Positions 38,936 through 49,251 of a stretch of DNA of 49,251 nucleotides are shown here, one piece after another (within the stretch, counting starts at the first letter, position 1; the number at the start of each line of letters is the position of its first letter). The stretch covers positions 1 to 49,251 of the forward strand of contig JBCBJQ010000038.1 in NCBI GenBank assembly GCA_038523235.1. The letters are read 5' to 3'. The notes under the pieces were generated by a model. That model made no database searches. It had not been told where the DNA came from and saw nothing but the letters and a program-made list of their open reading frames with translations. Both the position numbers and the translations under genes were made by a program. This stretch comes from Cyanobacteria bacterium J06626_4. GTDB taxonomy: Bacteria > Cyanobacteriota > Cyanobacteriia > Phormidesmidales > Phormidesmidaceae.

Positions 38936-41842
38936 ATGACGCCTCAAACTCTGACCTCCCCACCCAGCCCACTTACCGTCACGGCGAACGATCCGCTGCT
39001 GCTGATCGACCCGGCAGTGCTGTGGCAGGTCAAATCGGGCAAGATGGCCGTTTTTGTTGTGCCCTTTGTGGCGGGCGAACCGGCGGGCGAACGCCGTTAT
39101 TTGTTCACCGTAGAAGCGGGGGAAGCGCTCTTTAGCGCCAAGGTTTGCCCCGTGACGGGGTTAGGGCTGCTGGCCGTTGCCGTGGAACCCGCCGAGGTGC
39201 AGGCAGTGGAGCTGAGCGAGCAGAACGCCGCGCCGATGCCCACCGACCAGCTCAAACCGCTCATCGATCCGTGGATTCATCATTTGGGGCAGGTCGAAGG
39301 CTTACCCCGCACGGCGCGCCAGGGCATTATGCCCGACGTACACTACATTTCTCTGACGACGGGCCAGGTCTGTCGGCCTCCCGAAGGGGAGGTGTCATGG
39401 GTGCGTATGCAGCAGGGTGCGGCGACTTGGATGGGCAATCCAGCATTTCCGCTAGTGGCGGAGTTGGGCTGCTTCCCCTTGGGCCACAGCATGTTTTTGC
39501 AAGCGCAGGATCACATCGAGTTTTTCATTCGCCCCACCGCTGAGGTCAGCAATCGCAAGATTCTGATTCGGGGGTTGGTGCAGCTGCACAGCTACTTCTT
39601 CACGACCGTGGAGCAAATTGATGCCCGCAGCCAGCGGTTGGGGCGGCGACGGTTTGAACAGCGCCAAAAGCTCAATCAAGACGTCACTCAAAAAGTGGTG
39701 CGCAGCTTGGCGGGTGTGCTGGAGACCGACGATCGCTGGCAGGATATTGACTCGCCCTTGCTAGCGGCGGCGGGGGCCGTGGGCAAGGCTTTGGGCGTCA
39801 CGATCCAGCCGCCTGCCCCGTCAGAAAATATGGCCCGCACCAAGGAACCCCTGGAAGCGATCGCCCGCGCGTCACAACTCCGGCTGCGCCGAGTTCTATT
39901 GCGGGGCAACTGGTGGCAGCAAGACAGCGGGCCGCTGATGGCCTATACCCGCAGCGATCGCCATCCCGTCGCCCTGCTGCCGCTGAATGATCATCAATAT
40001 GAACTGTTTGACCCCGTCAGCATCAAGGCAGGCGCTGCTCCGCCCGCGCGGCAGCCCATCACTGCCGCGATCGCCCAAACCCTCGATCCGGTGGCGTTTG
40101 TGTTTTATCGGCCCTTGCCCTCGGGCGAACTCAATGCCCTGTCTTTGCTCAAGTTTGCCTTTCGCGGTCAGGGTCGCGACTGGCTGGCGATTTTGCTGAC
40201 CGGGGTCGCAGCCACGCTGATTGGCATGTTGGTGCCCCAAGCCACTGCCGCCCTCGTTGATACGGTCGTGCCCTACGGAGATCGTGCCCTGCTGGTGCAA
40301 ATTGGCCTGGGCCTCTTGGCCGCGGCCTTTGGGGCCTCGTGTTTTCAGCTGGCCCAGGCGATCGCCACCATGCGGGTCGAAACGGGGTCCGATGCCCATC
40401 TGCAGGCCGCCGTTTGGGATCGATTGCTGACGCTGCGAACGTCGTTTTTTCGGCAATACGCTACCGGCGATTTGAATTCCCGCGTTTCCAGCATCAGCGC
40501 TATTCGTCGCAAATTGAGCGGATCGGCGTTGCAGGGCCTGTTTGCCGGAGCCTTTTCGCTACTTAATTTAGGGCTGCTGTTTTATTACAGTCCGCCGCTG
40601 GCGCTGGTAGCCCTGCTGGTAGCCCTGCTGATTATGGGCGTCACCGTCGCCTCAGGACTGGTGCTGGTGCGCAAATATCGACCGCTATTAGAGATTCAGG
40701 GCAAGCTTTATGGATTGGTGGTGGAGCTGATTAACGGGGTCTCGAAGCTGCGTATTGCGGGGGCCGAAGAGCGCGCCTTTGCCGCTTGGGGGCAGCGCTA
40801 CGGCCAACAGCTACGCCTCACCCTCAGCACCCAACAGCTCGAAGATGCGGTGGATGTGTTCAACACCGTTTTGCCGATTTTGACGACGCTGATCTTGTTC
40901 TGGATGGCGAGCCAGTTTGTCGGCGATGTCGATGGTTTGGGACTGTCAACGGGCACCTTTCTCGCCTTTTCCGTCGCCTTTGGCACCTTCATTTCAGGGG
41001 CTACCAGTCTCAGCAATACTCTGGTTGAACTGTTGGATGTGGTGCCGCTGTGGCAGCGCGCCCGGCCGATCCTGCAGGCCGAGCCGGAGGTGAACTTAAC
41101 CAAAGCGGATCCTGGTGTGCTTTCGGGGGCGCTGCAGGTCGATCGCGTCAGCTTTCGCTATCAGCCTGACGGGCCACTGATTTTAGACAACGTCAGTTTT
41201 GAGGCTAAACCGGGCGAATTCATTGCCCTCGTGGGGCCTTCTGGATCTGGCAAATCGACGGCCATGCGACTGCTGCTGGGGTTCGATCGCCCTGAGGTTG
41301 GCAACCTCTACTACGACGGGCAAGATCTGTCGGGCTTAGACGTGGTGGCCGTGCGGCGGCAGTTTGGCGTTGTGCTGCAAACCAGTCGCCTCAGCGCTGG
41401 CTCCCTGTTTGAGAACCTGGCGGGGGGAGCGCTGATTTCCCTCGAAGATGCCTGGGATGCGGCGGAAAAAGCCGGTCTGGCCGATGACATTCGCGAGATG
41501 CCGATGCAAATGCACACGGTGGTCAGCGAAGGCGGCAGTAACCTCTCTGGCGGGCAGCGGCAGCGATCGCTGATTGCCCGTGCCCTGGTCGGCAAGCCCA
41601 AAATCATGCTGATGGATGAAGCCACCAGCGCCTTAGATAACCGCACCCAGAAGATCGTCACCGAAAGCCTCGATCGCCTCAACGTTACCCGGGTGGTTAT
41701 CGCCCACCGCCTCAGCACCATTCGCCATGCCGATCGCATCTATGTGATTGAGGCGGGAAGAGTCGTGCAGCAGGGCAGCTTTGATGAACTCGCCGCTCAG
41801 CCCGGACTCTTTGCGCAACTCATCAAGCGCCAAATGGCCTGA
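38936..41842 (+). CDS. NHLP-type ABC transporter, second subunit (TIGR03797-like), with cNMP-like N-terminal extension
   Basis: IARASQLRLRRV..WWQQDSGP peptidase-like domain without the catalytic Cys; GPSGSGKS, LSGGQ, DEATS; start ATG 38936 or GTG 38876. Confidence 0.92.
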   Translation: MTPQTLTSPPSPLTVTANDPLLLIDPAVLWQVKSGKMAVFVVPFVAGEPAGERRYLFTVEAGEALFSAKVCPVTGLGLLAVAVEPAEVQAVELSEQNAAPMPTDQLKPLIDPWIHHLGQVEGLPRTARQGIMPDVHYISLTTGQVCRPPEGEVSWVRMQQGAATWMGNPAFPLVAELGCFPLGHSMFLQAQDHIEFFIRPTAEVSNRKILIRGLVQLHSYFFTTVEQIDARSQRLGRRRFEQRQKLNQDVTQKVVRSLAGVLETDDRWQDIDSPLLAAAGAVGKALGVTIQPPAPSENMARTKEPLEAIARASQLRLRRVLLRGNWWQQDSGPLMAYTRSDRHPVALLPLNDHQYELFDPVSIKAGAAPPARQPITAAIAQTLDPVAFVFYRPLPSGELNALSLLKFAFRGQGRDWLAILLTGVAATLIGMLVPQATAALVDTVVPYGDRALLVQIGLGLLAAAFGASCFQLAQAIATMRVETGSDAHLQAAVWDRLLTLRTSFFRQYATGDLNSRVSSISAIRRKLSGSALQGLFAGAFSLLNLGLLFYYSPPLALVALLVALLIMGVTVASGLVLVRKYRPLLEIQGKLYGLVVELINGVSKLRIAGAEERAFAAWGQRYGQQLRLTLSTQQLEDAVDVFNTVLPILTTLILFWMASQFVGDVDGLGLSTGTFLAFSVAFGTFISGATSLSNTLVELLDVVPLWQRARPILQAEPEVNLTKADPGVLSGALQVDRVSFRYQPDGPLILDNVSFEAKPGEFIALVGPSGSGKSTAMRLLLGFDRPEVGNLYYDGQDLSGLDVVAVRRQFGVVLQTSRLSAGSLFENLAGGALISLEDAWDAAEKAGLADDIREMPMQMHTVVSEGGSNLSGGQRQRSLIARALVGKPKIMLMDEATSALDNRTQKIVTESLDRLNVTRVVIAHRLSTIRHADRIYVIEAGRVVQQGSFDELAAQPGLFAQLIKRQMA

Positions 41843-41915
41843 TTAAGCAGCAGTGTTTTGATTGTGAGTGATCGGCGTGCGAAGGCGATCTCTCGTTCCA
41901 GTATTTTCGCCTTGC

Positions 41916-42293
41916 TCACACCCAAATCCGCCGAACGGGATAGGCACCAAAAGCGGTATCAGCACTCACAATTCCTAGGGAATTTGTCATGGCTTGAGCA
42001 ATTAATAGCCGGTCGAACGGATCACGATGATGCAGCGGCAAGGTGATGTACTGTTCTAAATCAGCAAAGATGAGTGGCAAGATTCTGATTTCGAGTTGTG
42101 TCAGAAAATCAGGCAATTCTGTAAAGGCAAAGTCCAACTCTAGCTTCTGGATTGACAGCTTTATGGCTATCTCCCACAAGTTCACAATACTGACGACGAC
42201 TTGATCCGCATTCTCGATGTCACTTTTGACAGTTGAGATTAACTTTGAATCATTATTTAAGAACCACAGTAAGGTGTGGGTGTCGAGCAGCAT
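41916..42293 (-). CDS. vapC: VapC-family PIN toxin
   Basis: LLDTHTLLW, WEIAIK, HRDPFDRLLIAQA, SAD. Confidence 0.92.
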   Translation of the reverse strand: MLLDTHTLLWFLNNDSKLISTVKSDIENADQVVVSIVNLWEIAIKLSIQKLELDFAFTELPDFLTQLEIRILPLIFADLEQYITLPLHHRDPFDRLLIAQAMTNSLGIVSADTAFGAYPVRRIWV

Positions 42294-42511
42294 TACATGT
42301 AATCCTTGAAATCTTCAAGCGGCTCATCAAAGTCATCTGCCATCCAAATTTTTCCCTTCAACAATCCAGCTTGACGCTTTTTCGGGAGAGTTTCCGTCTG
42401 GTCATGGGTAACGGCATAGCGCTCTGACAAAAATTCGATATAGTGCAGCACCTCTGTTTGCAGTGCCTCGGGTAAGGTCTCCAACTTTTCTAGAATTGCT
42501 GGCTGTATCAT
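42293..42511 (-). CDS. DUF2281-family antitoxin
   Basis: EVLHYIEFL...GLLKGKIWMADDFDEPL; TAATG overlap with the toxin start. Confidence 0.88.
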   Translation of the reverse strand: MIQPAILEKLETLPEALQTEVLHYIEFLSERYAVTHDQTETLPKKRQAGLLKGKIWMADDFDEPLEDFKDYM

Positions 42512-42796
42512 CAGTTGTTCTCCTCAGAACTGTTGATTTAAAAAACAGGAATCCTGGTTTAGATACTAAGAACAGTGTTTTTTTTGCGCCAAAGATTTTA
42601 GGGCTGTTGACACATTCCCATTATGAATCCCCCTTGAGTCTTGGCATTAGTCCAATGCCCTTCAGGATAAGCTATCCGCGAATTGTGATCGCGAAGCTGA
42701 GGCACCCAAAACTACACGACTCACGATCTGTCCCAGCGTGTCGATCTGCAATGAGTTGCTCGGCGAGAGACATACCCTCAGAAACATACCTGCGAA

Positions 42797-43507
42797 TCAT
42801 CCCAAATACTGTGCAGCGAGCGCATCTTCCTGCAAGTTTTCATCCTCTAAATAGACCCGATAGGCTTTTGCTGCGGGGCGAGAACTCACAACTCGCGCTA
42901 GCTCGGTGCCGATGTAGTGTAAGGCCACCCCATCGTCGGCAGCCACCCCATCCGCCAGCTTGCCAGCACTGATGCACTGTCGATAAATCGGGCGTCGTCC
43001 ACTTTCACCGTCGTAGTGCGGACAGTGGCTACCGGGCAAGAAACCAAGTCCTGTCAACTCAGCATATTGACCAGGAATCACTGAATCAGATAAGCCTTCT
43101 TCAAACCAGCAAAGCGAGCCAGCGCTGAGTCCACATAGCACTGTGCCTCGTTCCCAAACTTGTCTCAACACCACATCCAGTTTCCAAGCTTTCCAGAGGG
43201 CCATCAGATTGAAAGTAGAACCACCCCCAACGTAGATGATGTCTTGAGCTTGTAGAAATGATGTGAGGCTATGGGTCGGCGGGCGAAAGAGACTGAGATG
43301 AGTCGGACGACACGCTAACTGGGTAAACGCCTCGTAGAATCGGGTGATGTAGCGATCGCTATCACCGCTAGCGGTGGGTAGAAAGCAGACTTTCGGCGAT
43401 TGAGAATTGGACTGCTGCAGGATGTAGCGGTCAAGCAGAGGATTCTCGGGTTCCATGGAAAAACCGCCACCCCCAAGAGCAATAATCTGCCGCTTAATTT
43501 GAGTCAT
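42797..43507 (-). CDS. Peptidase E (S51 family)
   Basis: FLPTASGD, YVGGG, GLSAGS nucleophile elbow, CPHYD. Confidence 0.9.
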   Translation of the reverse strand: MTQIKRQIIALGGGGFSMEPENPLLDRYILQQSNSQSPKVCFLPTASGDSDRYITRFYEAFTQLACRPTHLSLFRPPTHSLTSFLQAQDIIYVGGGSTFNLMALWKAWKLDVVLRQVWERGTVLCGLSAGSLCWFEEGLSDSVIPGQYAELTGLGFLPGSHCPHYDGESGRRPIYRQCISAGKLADGVAADDGVALHYIGTELARVVSSRPAAKAYRVYLEDENLQEDALAAQYLG

Positions 43508-43677
43508 TTCTCCAGGTCAAAAGGTTGCTTAAAGTCATGCTAATCGAATGAATTGAAAGGCCTCAGATTCAATAACTGCAATACCTGTTTGTCCAACGAC
43601 AGCCCTAAATTTTGCCTCCGATTCTCCAGCATCTCATTGGCAATATAAAATCCAGCTCATGCTAAGACGGCAGGCAC

Positions 43678-45132
43678 TCAAGTTAAAAACGGAGCCTGCA
43701 CTCGCTGCACTAGTCGATTAAACGGCTGCCAATCGTTTTCGGCCACAATCGGTTCCCAAGCTGCTTCGATTTCGGGTCGCAGGAGCACCGTCTCGGGATT
43801 GGTACGCCGCAGCCGCGCTGACATGACTGCTAGCGCTGATGATGACTGAGTTTTCAGCGCTCGCTGATAGAGCTGCCGCCACTGATCGAGTCGCCCTTGT
43901 GCCCCCGCATCTGATGCCTGGAAGGTGGTGCCAAAGATCTGCTCTGCGCCCTCGGCCCAATCTACCGAAAACTGGCGAGCTAGCTCCAGGAAAAAGGCAT
44001 GGTAGCTCACCTGCACCTGGCTGAGCAGCTCAATCGTTTGCTTGACCAGATCTTGACCCAAGTCGTCGGGCAAGGATTCAAACCCTAGCTTGGCCAACAG
44101 GCGCTGGCGGTAGTAGCGTTCGTAATGGTCGATATAGGTGGCTAAGCCTGCCTCTAGGGCCGCAGAATCCATGATGCGCTTCAGGGGCTTTTGCAGCAGG
44201 CGCAAATTCCATTCGCAGGCAGCTGGCTGGTTGCGATAGCTATAGCGACCCCCATAGTCAAAATAGGCCGCCGTAAAGCTCGGGTCATAGGCGTCGATAA
44301 AGGCATAGGGGCCGTAGTCAAAACTTTCCCCCGTGATCGACATGTTGTCGGTGTTGAGCACAGCGTGGCAAAAGCCCACTGACATCCACTGGGCGACTAG
44401 CTGAGCCACGCGCTCTACTAGTTCAGCGTAGAAGTGGCCATACCGTTCTACTGGGTCAGTAAACAGCCGTGACTCGGGATAATAGGTCTCGATGACATGG
44501 TCTAGTAGCCGCTGAATCAGGTCGGGCCGTTCCAGATAGTCGAGCCGCTCAAAGGTGCCAAACCGAATATGCGAGCGGCTAAACCGCACCATGACGGACG
44601 ATCGCGCCGGTGACGGTTCATCGCCCCGCCAGAGCGATTCGCCCGTTTCGATCAGACTTAGCGTGCGAGAGGTCTTCACCCCCAGCGCGTGTAGAGCTTC
44701 CGCTGCGAGCACTTCGCGTACGCCGCCTTTGAGGGTAAGCCGACCATCCCCACCGCGTGAATAGGGGGTAGTACCAGAGCCCTTGGTGCCAAAGTCATAT
44801 AGCTGGCCATCGCCCCCGCGCACCTGACCATAAAGAAAGCCGCGACCATCGCCCAAAAAAGCGTTGTAGGCACCAAACTGATAGCCGTGGTAACGCAGCG
44901 CTAGCAAGGGCGATCTCGCCTTGAACTGACCAAAGGCTTCAACAAAGTGCTCATCACTGACCTGGGCAGGATCAAGGTCAATCTGCCGCAGCAGGTCGTC
45001 ATTGCGAAACCGCAGCAGATGTTGGGGAAACTCAGCCGCCGCGACGACATCATAATAGTCATCACCGATCGACTCTAAAGCGGGCACGTAATCTAAAGAC
45101 AGGAGCGGATTCACGGAAGCAGCAACGGTCAT
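43678..45132 (-). CDS. selO: Protein adenylyltransferase SelO/YdiU
   Basis: [43 protein letters not shown]. Confidence 0.93.
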   Translation of the reverse strand: MTVAASVNPLLSLDYVPALESIGDDYYDVVAAAEFPQHLLRFRNDDLLRQIDLDPAQVSDEHFVEAFGQFKARSPLLALRYHGYQFGAYNAFLGDGRGFLYGQVRGGDGQLYDFGTKGSGTTPYSRGGDGRLTLKGGVREVLAAEALHALGVKTSRTLSLIETGESLWRGDEPSPARSSVMVRFSRSHIRFGTFERLDYLERPDLIQRLLDHVIETYYPESRLFTDPVERYGHFYAELVERVAQLVAQWMSVGFCHAVLNTDNMSITGESFDYGPYAFIDAYDPSFTAAYFDYGGRYSYRNQPAACEWNLRLLQKPLKRIMDSAALEAGLATYIDHYERYYRQRLLAKLGFESLPDDLGQDLVKQTIELLSQVQVSYHAFFLELARQFSVDWAEGAEQIFGTTFQASDAGAQGRLDQWRQLYQRALKTQSSSALAVMSARLRRTNPETVLLRPEIEAAWEPIVAENDWQPFNRLVQRVQAPFLT

Positions 45133-45436
45133 AGGGAGCTAATACCCACTTCTTAGTAATCGGACTGCCCAGGCAATTCTGGAAACACCGGGAAGCCAGG
45201 GGGCCAGATTTGTCGTCTTATTGCAGAGAATCGTATGGCAAAAGAGCGCTGACTTAATAAAGTTTAGGGGGATGGCGGGCAGTTGGTCAGTTTGGTAGGA
45301 GCGCGATCGCAAAAAACCTTGCTAGCGCTGAGCGACTTGAAGGCTGCGATTAAACAACATTTCAGGCTCGAACCCTTTTGGGGAAGGATTTAGCAGTGTC
45401 CCCCGCCAACCAGGAGGTGATTGTTGCGCAACGCCC

Positions 45437-47890
45437 TTAACGCACCACGCCGCCTTCTACCTGATCAATATCTGCGCCGCCAAAGCGCGCTGCCCGGCCC
45501 GACCAGTCAAACTCGTTGAGCCGGAAGCCCAAAAAGCCCACCTGCTGCGTGGGGTTAAACCGCAGAAACAGGCCGTAGGTGCGGCGGTTGTATTCAAAGA
45601 TGTAGTCATTGTTGATCAGTTCGCCGGTATCGAGGTTGAAAGAGGCTTGAAAACCGACTCGAAACGGGCCATAGATTTGCTGAATGAGGCCGCCGGTGAG
45701 GGTATTTTGATCGACGTTGCGATCGAACAAAAAGGGTGAGGTCGAGTCTTGCCCGACAAAGGCTCGAGAGTAGGTCAAATTAAACACCGTTGAATCTAAA
45801 AAGTCTCTCGAAAAGTGGCCCAGTTCCCCGCTAATACCGGCAAAAGCCGAGAGGTTTTCTTGGGTGTCATCGCTGGTGTAGTAGGTATAGGTGCCCCGCG
45901 CCCCCACGGTCAAGACGACAATGGGGGTTCGAGGGTTTGGGGTAAACCGCAACCCCTCGTCACGGGTGGCCGGTAGGGGGGTGCCCTGCCAGAGCACAAA
46001 TCCTCGGGTGAGTCCGACACTGCCTTGAAACCGACCCAAGCTGGCGCGAAACGGCGGCGTCAGGTCGTCTAGCAGTTCGAGGCGATCGGTGTTGGCCGTA
46101 ATGTATTGAGCCGAGGCCTGATAGTTCAGCACAATACCCGTGTCACCGAGCAGGATGTTGGGCGACAGCAGTACGACGCCGAGGCTACTCTGCACATCCT
46201 GAAATCCTAACGAGCCGTTGAAGAGGCGATCTCGATAGCTGTATTCAAAGTTCAAGCTATGGTCGCCTAAGAGCTGCTGTACGCGTACGCTGGCCCGCAG
46301 GCGCTCTTCAAGATTGTCAAGATCCAAGCCAGAGAAGCTGGCATTGGCCTCGACTAAGGTTGTCGGGCTCAGCGCACCGGTCGCATCGGCTTCCAGACCA
46401 AAGTTGCTCAAAAAGCTATCGGTTTCTTCCCCCGCAAATCGTTGGACTAAAAACTGCGGTGTCAAAAAAAACTCCCACTGACCGATGCTCGGCAGCTGAA
46501 ACGTTCGTTCGACAAAGAGGCCATCGCGTTCTTCGCCGTCATAGCCAAAGTTGACGAAGAACGGATTCGCACTGTCGGGGCCGCCTCGATTCAGCAAAAT
46601 GGTCTCGCGAAACAGCGGCAGCGAGAAGCTTTGGTCAAACACCAGGCGAGGGTTATCGACAAACAGCTCATCTTGAAATTCGGTGAGCCGGGTCAGGCGA
46701 GCAGTCTCACCCCGGAACTCGAGTTCTGGCGGCGAAAACGGGTCATTCGTCAGTCGAATGTCTTGGGCATACCAGCCTTCAGCATCAAAGTCGAGCTGGG
46801 CGGCCTCAAAGCGAATGCGGCGGACAAAGCCCCCTACGCTAGGGATTGCCGCCCCGGCTGCCGGGTCAGGATCAAGCCCGGTACCAAAGGTGATGCTGCC
46901 GGTGCCTCTGACGTTGCCAATCGGATCGGTGTCTAATACGCCGGGGCTCGTGGCAACGGGCGGCCCAGCTCCGGTGGGAGCCAAATCGCCAAAATCTCGA
47001 CCGGTTTGAGGCAAAAACAGCACGCCTCGAGCTTGAAATAGGCTGCCCTCCCCTTGAATCAGGTTATATTCGCCGCGGTCGGCCTCAACGGTTTGGTCAC
47101 CCCGCGTAAAGATCACGTTGCCTTCAACGACCACGTAGCGATTGGCCAGGTTCGCCCAGAGGCGATCGGCACTCAAAACGCCATTGGTTAACCGCAAAAC
47201 CACATTGCCGCGAGCGGTCACGATCTGAGTCGCCGGTTCAAACTCTTGATAGTCGGCCACCAAATTGAGGGGAGTCGGTGGTTGATTTGTGGGCGATGAG
47301 GGCGGCAGCAAATCGCCCCCTGGCAAGACGGCACCATTAGACCAGTCGGGGCCTGGAGTCGCCGCGCGAGGATACACGATCGCCGGTGCGTTCTCCTCAT
47401 CGCTATCGTCATTCTCCTCATCGCCGTCTGCCTCATCGACCTGGCGAGGAGCGGTCTCGTCGGCAGCTTCAGCCTCATCGTCATCGCTCTGCGATACCCA
47501 GGGGGCTGACAACGTGGGGAAAGACTGAACGCGGTCCTCCTCACGGCTGACAGTTGCCGGTCGATCAGAATGCAGCGAAGCCCCCTGAGGAGCATCGGGT
47601 GGCGTCAGTACCCCCCCTTGCAAAAAGGAGGCTTGAACCTCAGCCGGGGTCAACGGTTCGACATCGGCAGCATTGACAGCGCTGGTCGTCGGGTTGGAAA
47701 CGTTTTGACGTCGCCCCGGCGGCGCTGTCGCTGGAGCGGGATGGCTGAAGCGGGGCTGGGGCTTGGCGGACGATCGCTCATCCGCTTTGACGGCAGGTTC
47801 CAGAGGTGGTTCGGCGGCGACGGCGGCAGGCAGTGACACCGTCTGCACAATAGGAGGCGGAGGCAGATCAACAGGAGGTAAGTAGGGCAT
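45437..47890 (-). CDS. LptD-like / DUF3769 outer-membrane protein
   Basis: OstA-like beta-jellyroll (ARGNVVLR, VEGNVIFTRGDQ), TNDPFSPPELE, C-terminal barrel (YNRRTYG); ATG 47890. Confidence 0.85.
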   Translation of the reverse strand: MPYLPPVDLPPPPIVQTVSLPAAVAAEPPLEPAVKADERSSAKPQPRFSHPAPATAPPGRRQNVSNPTTSAVNAADVEPLTPAEVQASFLQGGVLTPPDAPQGASLHSDRPATVSREEDRVQSFPTLSAPWVSQSDDDEAEAADETAPRQVDEADGDEENDDSDEENAPAIVYPRAATPGPDWSNGAVLPGGDLLPPSSPTNQPPTPLNLVADYQEFEPATQIVTARGNVVLRLTNGVLSADRLWANLANRYVVVEGNVIFTRGDQTVEADRGEYNLIQGEGSLFQARGVLFLPQTGRDFGDLAPTGAGPPVATSPGVLDTDPIGNVRGTGSITFGTGLDPDPAAGAAIPSVGGFVRRIRFEAAQLDFDAEGWYAQDIRLTNDPFSPPELEFRGETARLTRLTEFQDELFVDNPRLVFDQSFSLPLFRETILLNRGGPDSANPFFVNFGYDGEERDGLFVERTFQLPSIGQWEFFLTPQFLVQRFAGEETDSFLSNFGLEADATGALSPTTLVEANASFSGLDLDNLEERLRASVRVQQLLGDHSLNFEYSYRDRLFNGSLGFQDVQSSLGVVLLSPNILLGDTGIVLNYQASAQYITANTDRLELLDDLTPPFRASLGRFQGSVGLTRGFVLWQGTPLPATRDEGLRFTPNPRTPIVVLTVGARGTYTYYTSDDTQENLSAFAGISGELGHFSRDFLDSTVFNLTYSRAFVGQDSTSPFLFDRNVDQNTLTGGLIQQIYGPFRVGFQASFNLDTGELINNDYIFEYNRRTYGLFLRFNPTQQVGFLGFRLNEFDWSGRAARFGGADIDQVEGGVVR

Positions 47891-47912
47891 AAACAGCCAC
47901 ACAATCAAAACG

Positions 47913-47933
47913 AAAGCCCGACCAGCGGGCTTT
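47913..47933. terminator. Hairpin between psbI and the LptD-like gene
   Basis: aaagcccg-accag-cgggcttt. Confidence 0.5.
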
Positions 47934-48048
47934 GGGAGACAGTCAATTGTGAGGCGATCGCCCCAACCAACTGCGCGTCAAAACTAAGGGGGGCTGATAT
48001 TGCTAAGTGCTAACCGAGCACACCCCTTAGCCATTCGCTGGAATCTGA

Positions 48049-48165
48049 TTATTCCATGTCTTGGCGACCTGGGTTGCGGGAGGGGTCGCCACTTAAGAAT
48101 CCGAAAATAAACAGGCTCACGAAAAAGGCGACAACGAGATAAACAACGATCTTTAGGGTCAGCAT
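48049..48165 (-). CDS. psbI: Photosystem II reaction centre protein I (below the ORF-track cutoff)
   Basis: Hand translation gives [38 protein letters not shown]. Confidence 0.97.
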   Translation of the reverse strand: MLTLKIVVYLVVAFFVSLFIFGFLSGDPSRNPGRQDME

Positions 48166-48347
48166 TGCAGATTTCCCATCAATAGACAGCAATCAGTACG
48201 GTCTATCATACGCCAAACGGGACTTGCCCGGTAAGCCCAGCCCAATCGCGGCAGATGCTGAGGTGTCATGACTCGGCTAGTGACCCACAAGTTCCCTTTG
48301 GGCGTTGACCATGATTGAATTTCTCTGTGGAATGGTGTAGAAACTCG

Positions 48348-49251
48348 ATGGCTAGCGCTGACCCGACCAAGCTTGAGCACCCTGATTGCAGCGCGACGAT
48401 CGCGGTCACGGCTGATCGCCTGCGAGCACTGACACGGCGATCGCTGCAGTTAGGGTGGCAGATGGCCCACCGACCCGATCCCCAGGTCACCTCAGCCACT
48501 GAGGACTGGACGGCATGGCCGATCGCCGTGCCCAACGCCAAGCAGCATATTGCCTGGGAGCGGGGCCAAAAAGCCCTGTGGCTCTGTCAACAAATTACGG
48601 TACCGACTGCCCTGCAGGACTTTCCCCTGGCGGGGTCGGCGCTGCGACTGGGGCTGACCTGGTGGGCCGAGACGGCGGCGGTTTACGTCGATGGCCAGTT
48701 GGTGCAGGAAGGCGACCTGTTCGACTACTTTGGCCGCATTTTACTCAGCGATCGCGTCACCCCCGGCGATACCTTTTGGGTGGCCATTTATCTAGTCAGT
48801 CCCGGCCATGATGATGGCGCCCTGGTACGCTCTGAAGTGGTCTACGAGCAAGCTGTCGCCAGTCCTGAAGCGAGCCCCGAACCGAGCTTTATCGCTGACG
48901 AACTGACGGTGCTGCAGACCTATGCCGCCGCGCTGGCTCCCGCGAAGCTGGCTAATATTGCCGCCGCGATCGCGCCCTTAGATTGGGCCACCGTCGGGCA
49001 ACGTGATCGCTTTCTGCAGGAACTCGCGGCCCTGCGATCGCGGCTGCAGTCCTTGAGCCCGTGGATCAAGCAGCGGCAGGTCACCTGTGTGGGGCATGCC
49101 CATTTAGACTTGGCCTGGCTCTGGCCAGTCGAAGACACCTGGCAAGCCGCCGAGCGCACCTTTCGCTCTGTGCTGGCCCTGCAGACAGACTTTCCAGAAC
49201 TGACCTATACCCATTCCAGTCCGGCCCTGGTTCACTGGCTCGAAACGCATC
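48348..49251 (+). CDS. Alpha-mannosidase (GH38), 5' part; runs off the window end
   Basis: Open from ATG 48348; LTWWAE, QEGDLFD, SPGHDDGAL and the GH38 motif GHAHLDLAWLWP. Confidence 0.9.
   Translation, partial: MASADPTKLEHPDCSATIAVTADRLRALTRRSLQLGWQMAHRPDPQVTSATEDWTAWPIAVPNAKQHIAWERGQKALWLCQQITVPTALQDFPLAGSALRLGLTWWAETAAVYVDGQLVQEGDLFDYFGRILLSDRVTPGDTFWVAIYLVSPGHDDGALVRSEVVYEQAVASPEASPEPSFIADELTVLQTYAAALAPAKLANIAAAIAPLDWATVGQRDRFLQELAALRSRLQSLSPWIKQRQVTCVGHAHLDLAWLWPVEDTWQAAERTFRSVLALQTDFPELTYTHSSPALVHWLETH

Larger units (their letters stand above)
1..49251. repeat. Dispersed HIP1 octamer GCGATCGC
   Basis: Very frequent across most of the window, sparser in 1..6900. Confidence 0.9.

Noticed and set aside
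45133..45436. Riboswitch or ncRNA in the selO upstream gap
   Set aside because: Only isolated short motifs; no coherent structure

Overview
Chromosomal segment of a cyanobacterium, probably filamentous and Leptolyngbya/Nodosilinea-like (dense HIP1 GCGATCGC sites, psbI, a gas-vesicle gene). From left to right: (1) a sensing island with two histidine kinases, two Tat-lipoprotein PhnD-like binding proteins without a transporter, and decayed remnants of a further kinase and binding protein; bases 1-72 are an inverted copy of 240-311 that truncates the first kinase. (2) A decaying putative biosynthetic locus: two AsnB-like ATP-dependent amide synthetases, a LysA-fold protein lacking the PLP lysine, a membrane protein with Zn-ribbon and Spo11/TopoVI-A-like motifs, and an HtpX fusion. 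Three of these genes carry four lesions. (3) Housekeeping and accessory genes: pdeM, a 2OG-Fe oxygenase, GvpL/F, an O-antigen ligase-TPR protein, an ELWxxDGT-repeat surface protein, htpG, a pentapeptide protein, TM2/DUF2752, a LysR-controlled redox operon and DM13. (4) The highlight: a 92-aa double-glycine precursor with two leader motifs and four near-identical cores (VDFDQLRRENLDKDA), divergent from a tandem-cNMP protein and an NHLP-type secretion/ABC exporter, with no adjacent tailoring enzyme. (5) A VapC/DUF2281 toxin-antitoxin pair, peptidase E, selO, an LptD-like gene, psbI and a partial GH38 alpha-mannosidase. All family calls come from motif recognition by eye; no database searches were run.
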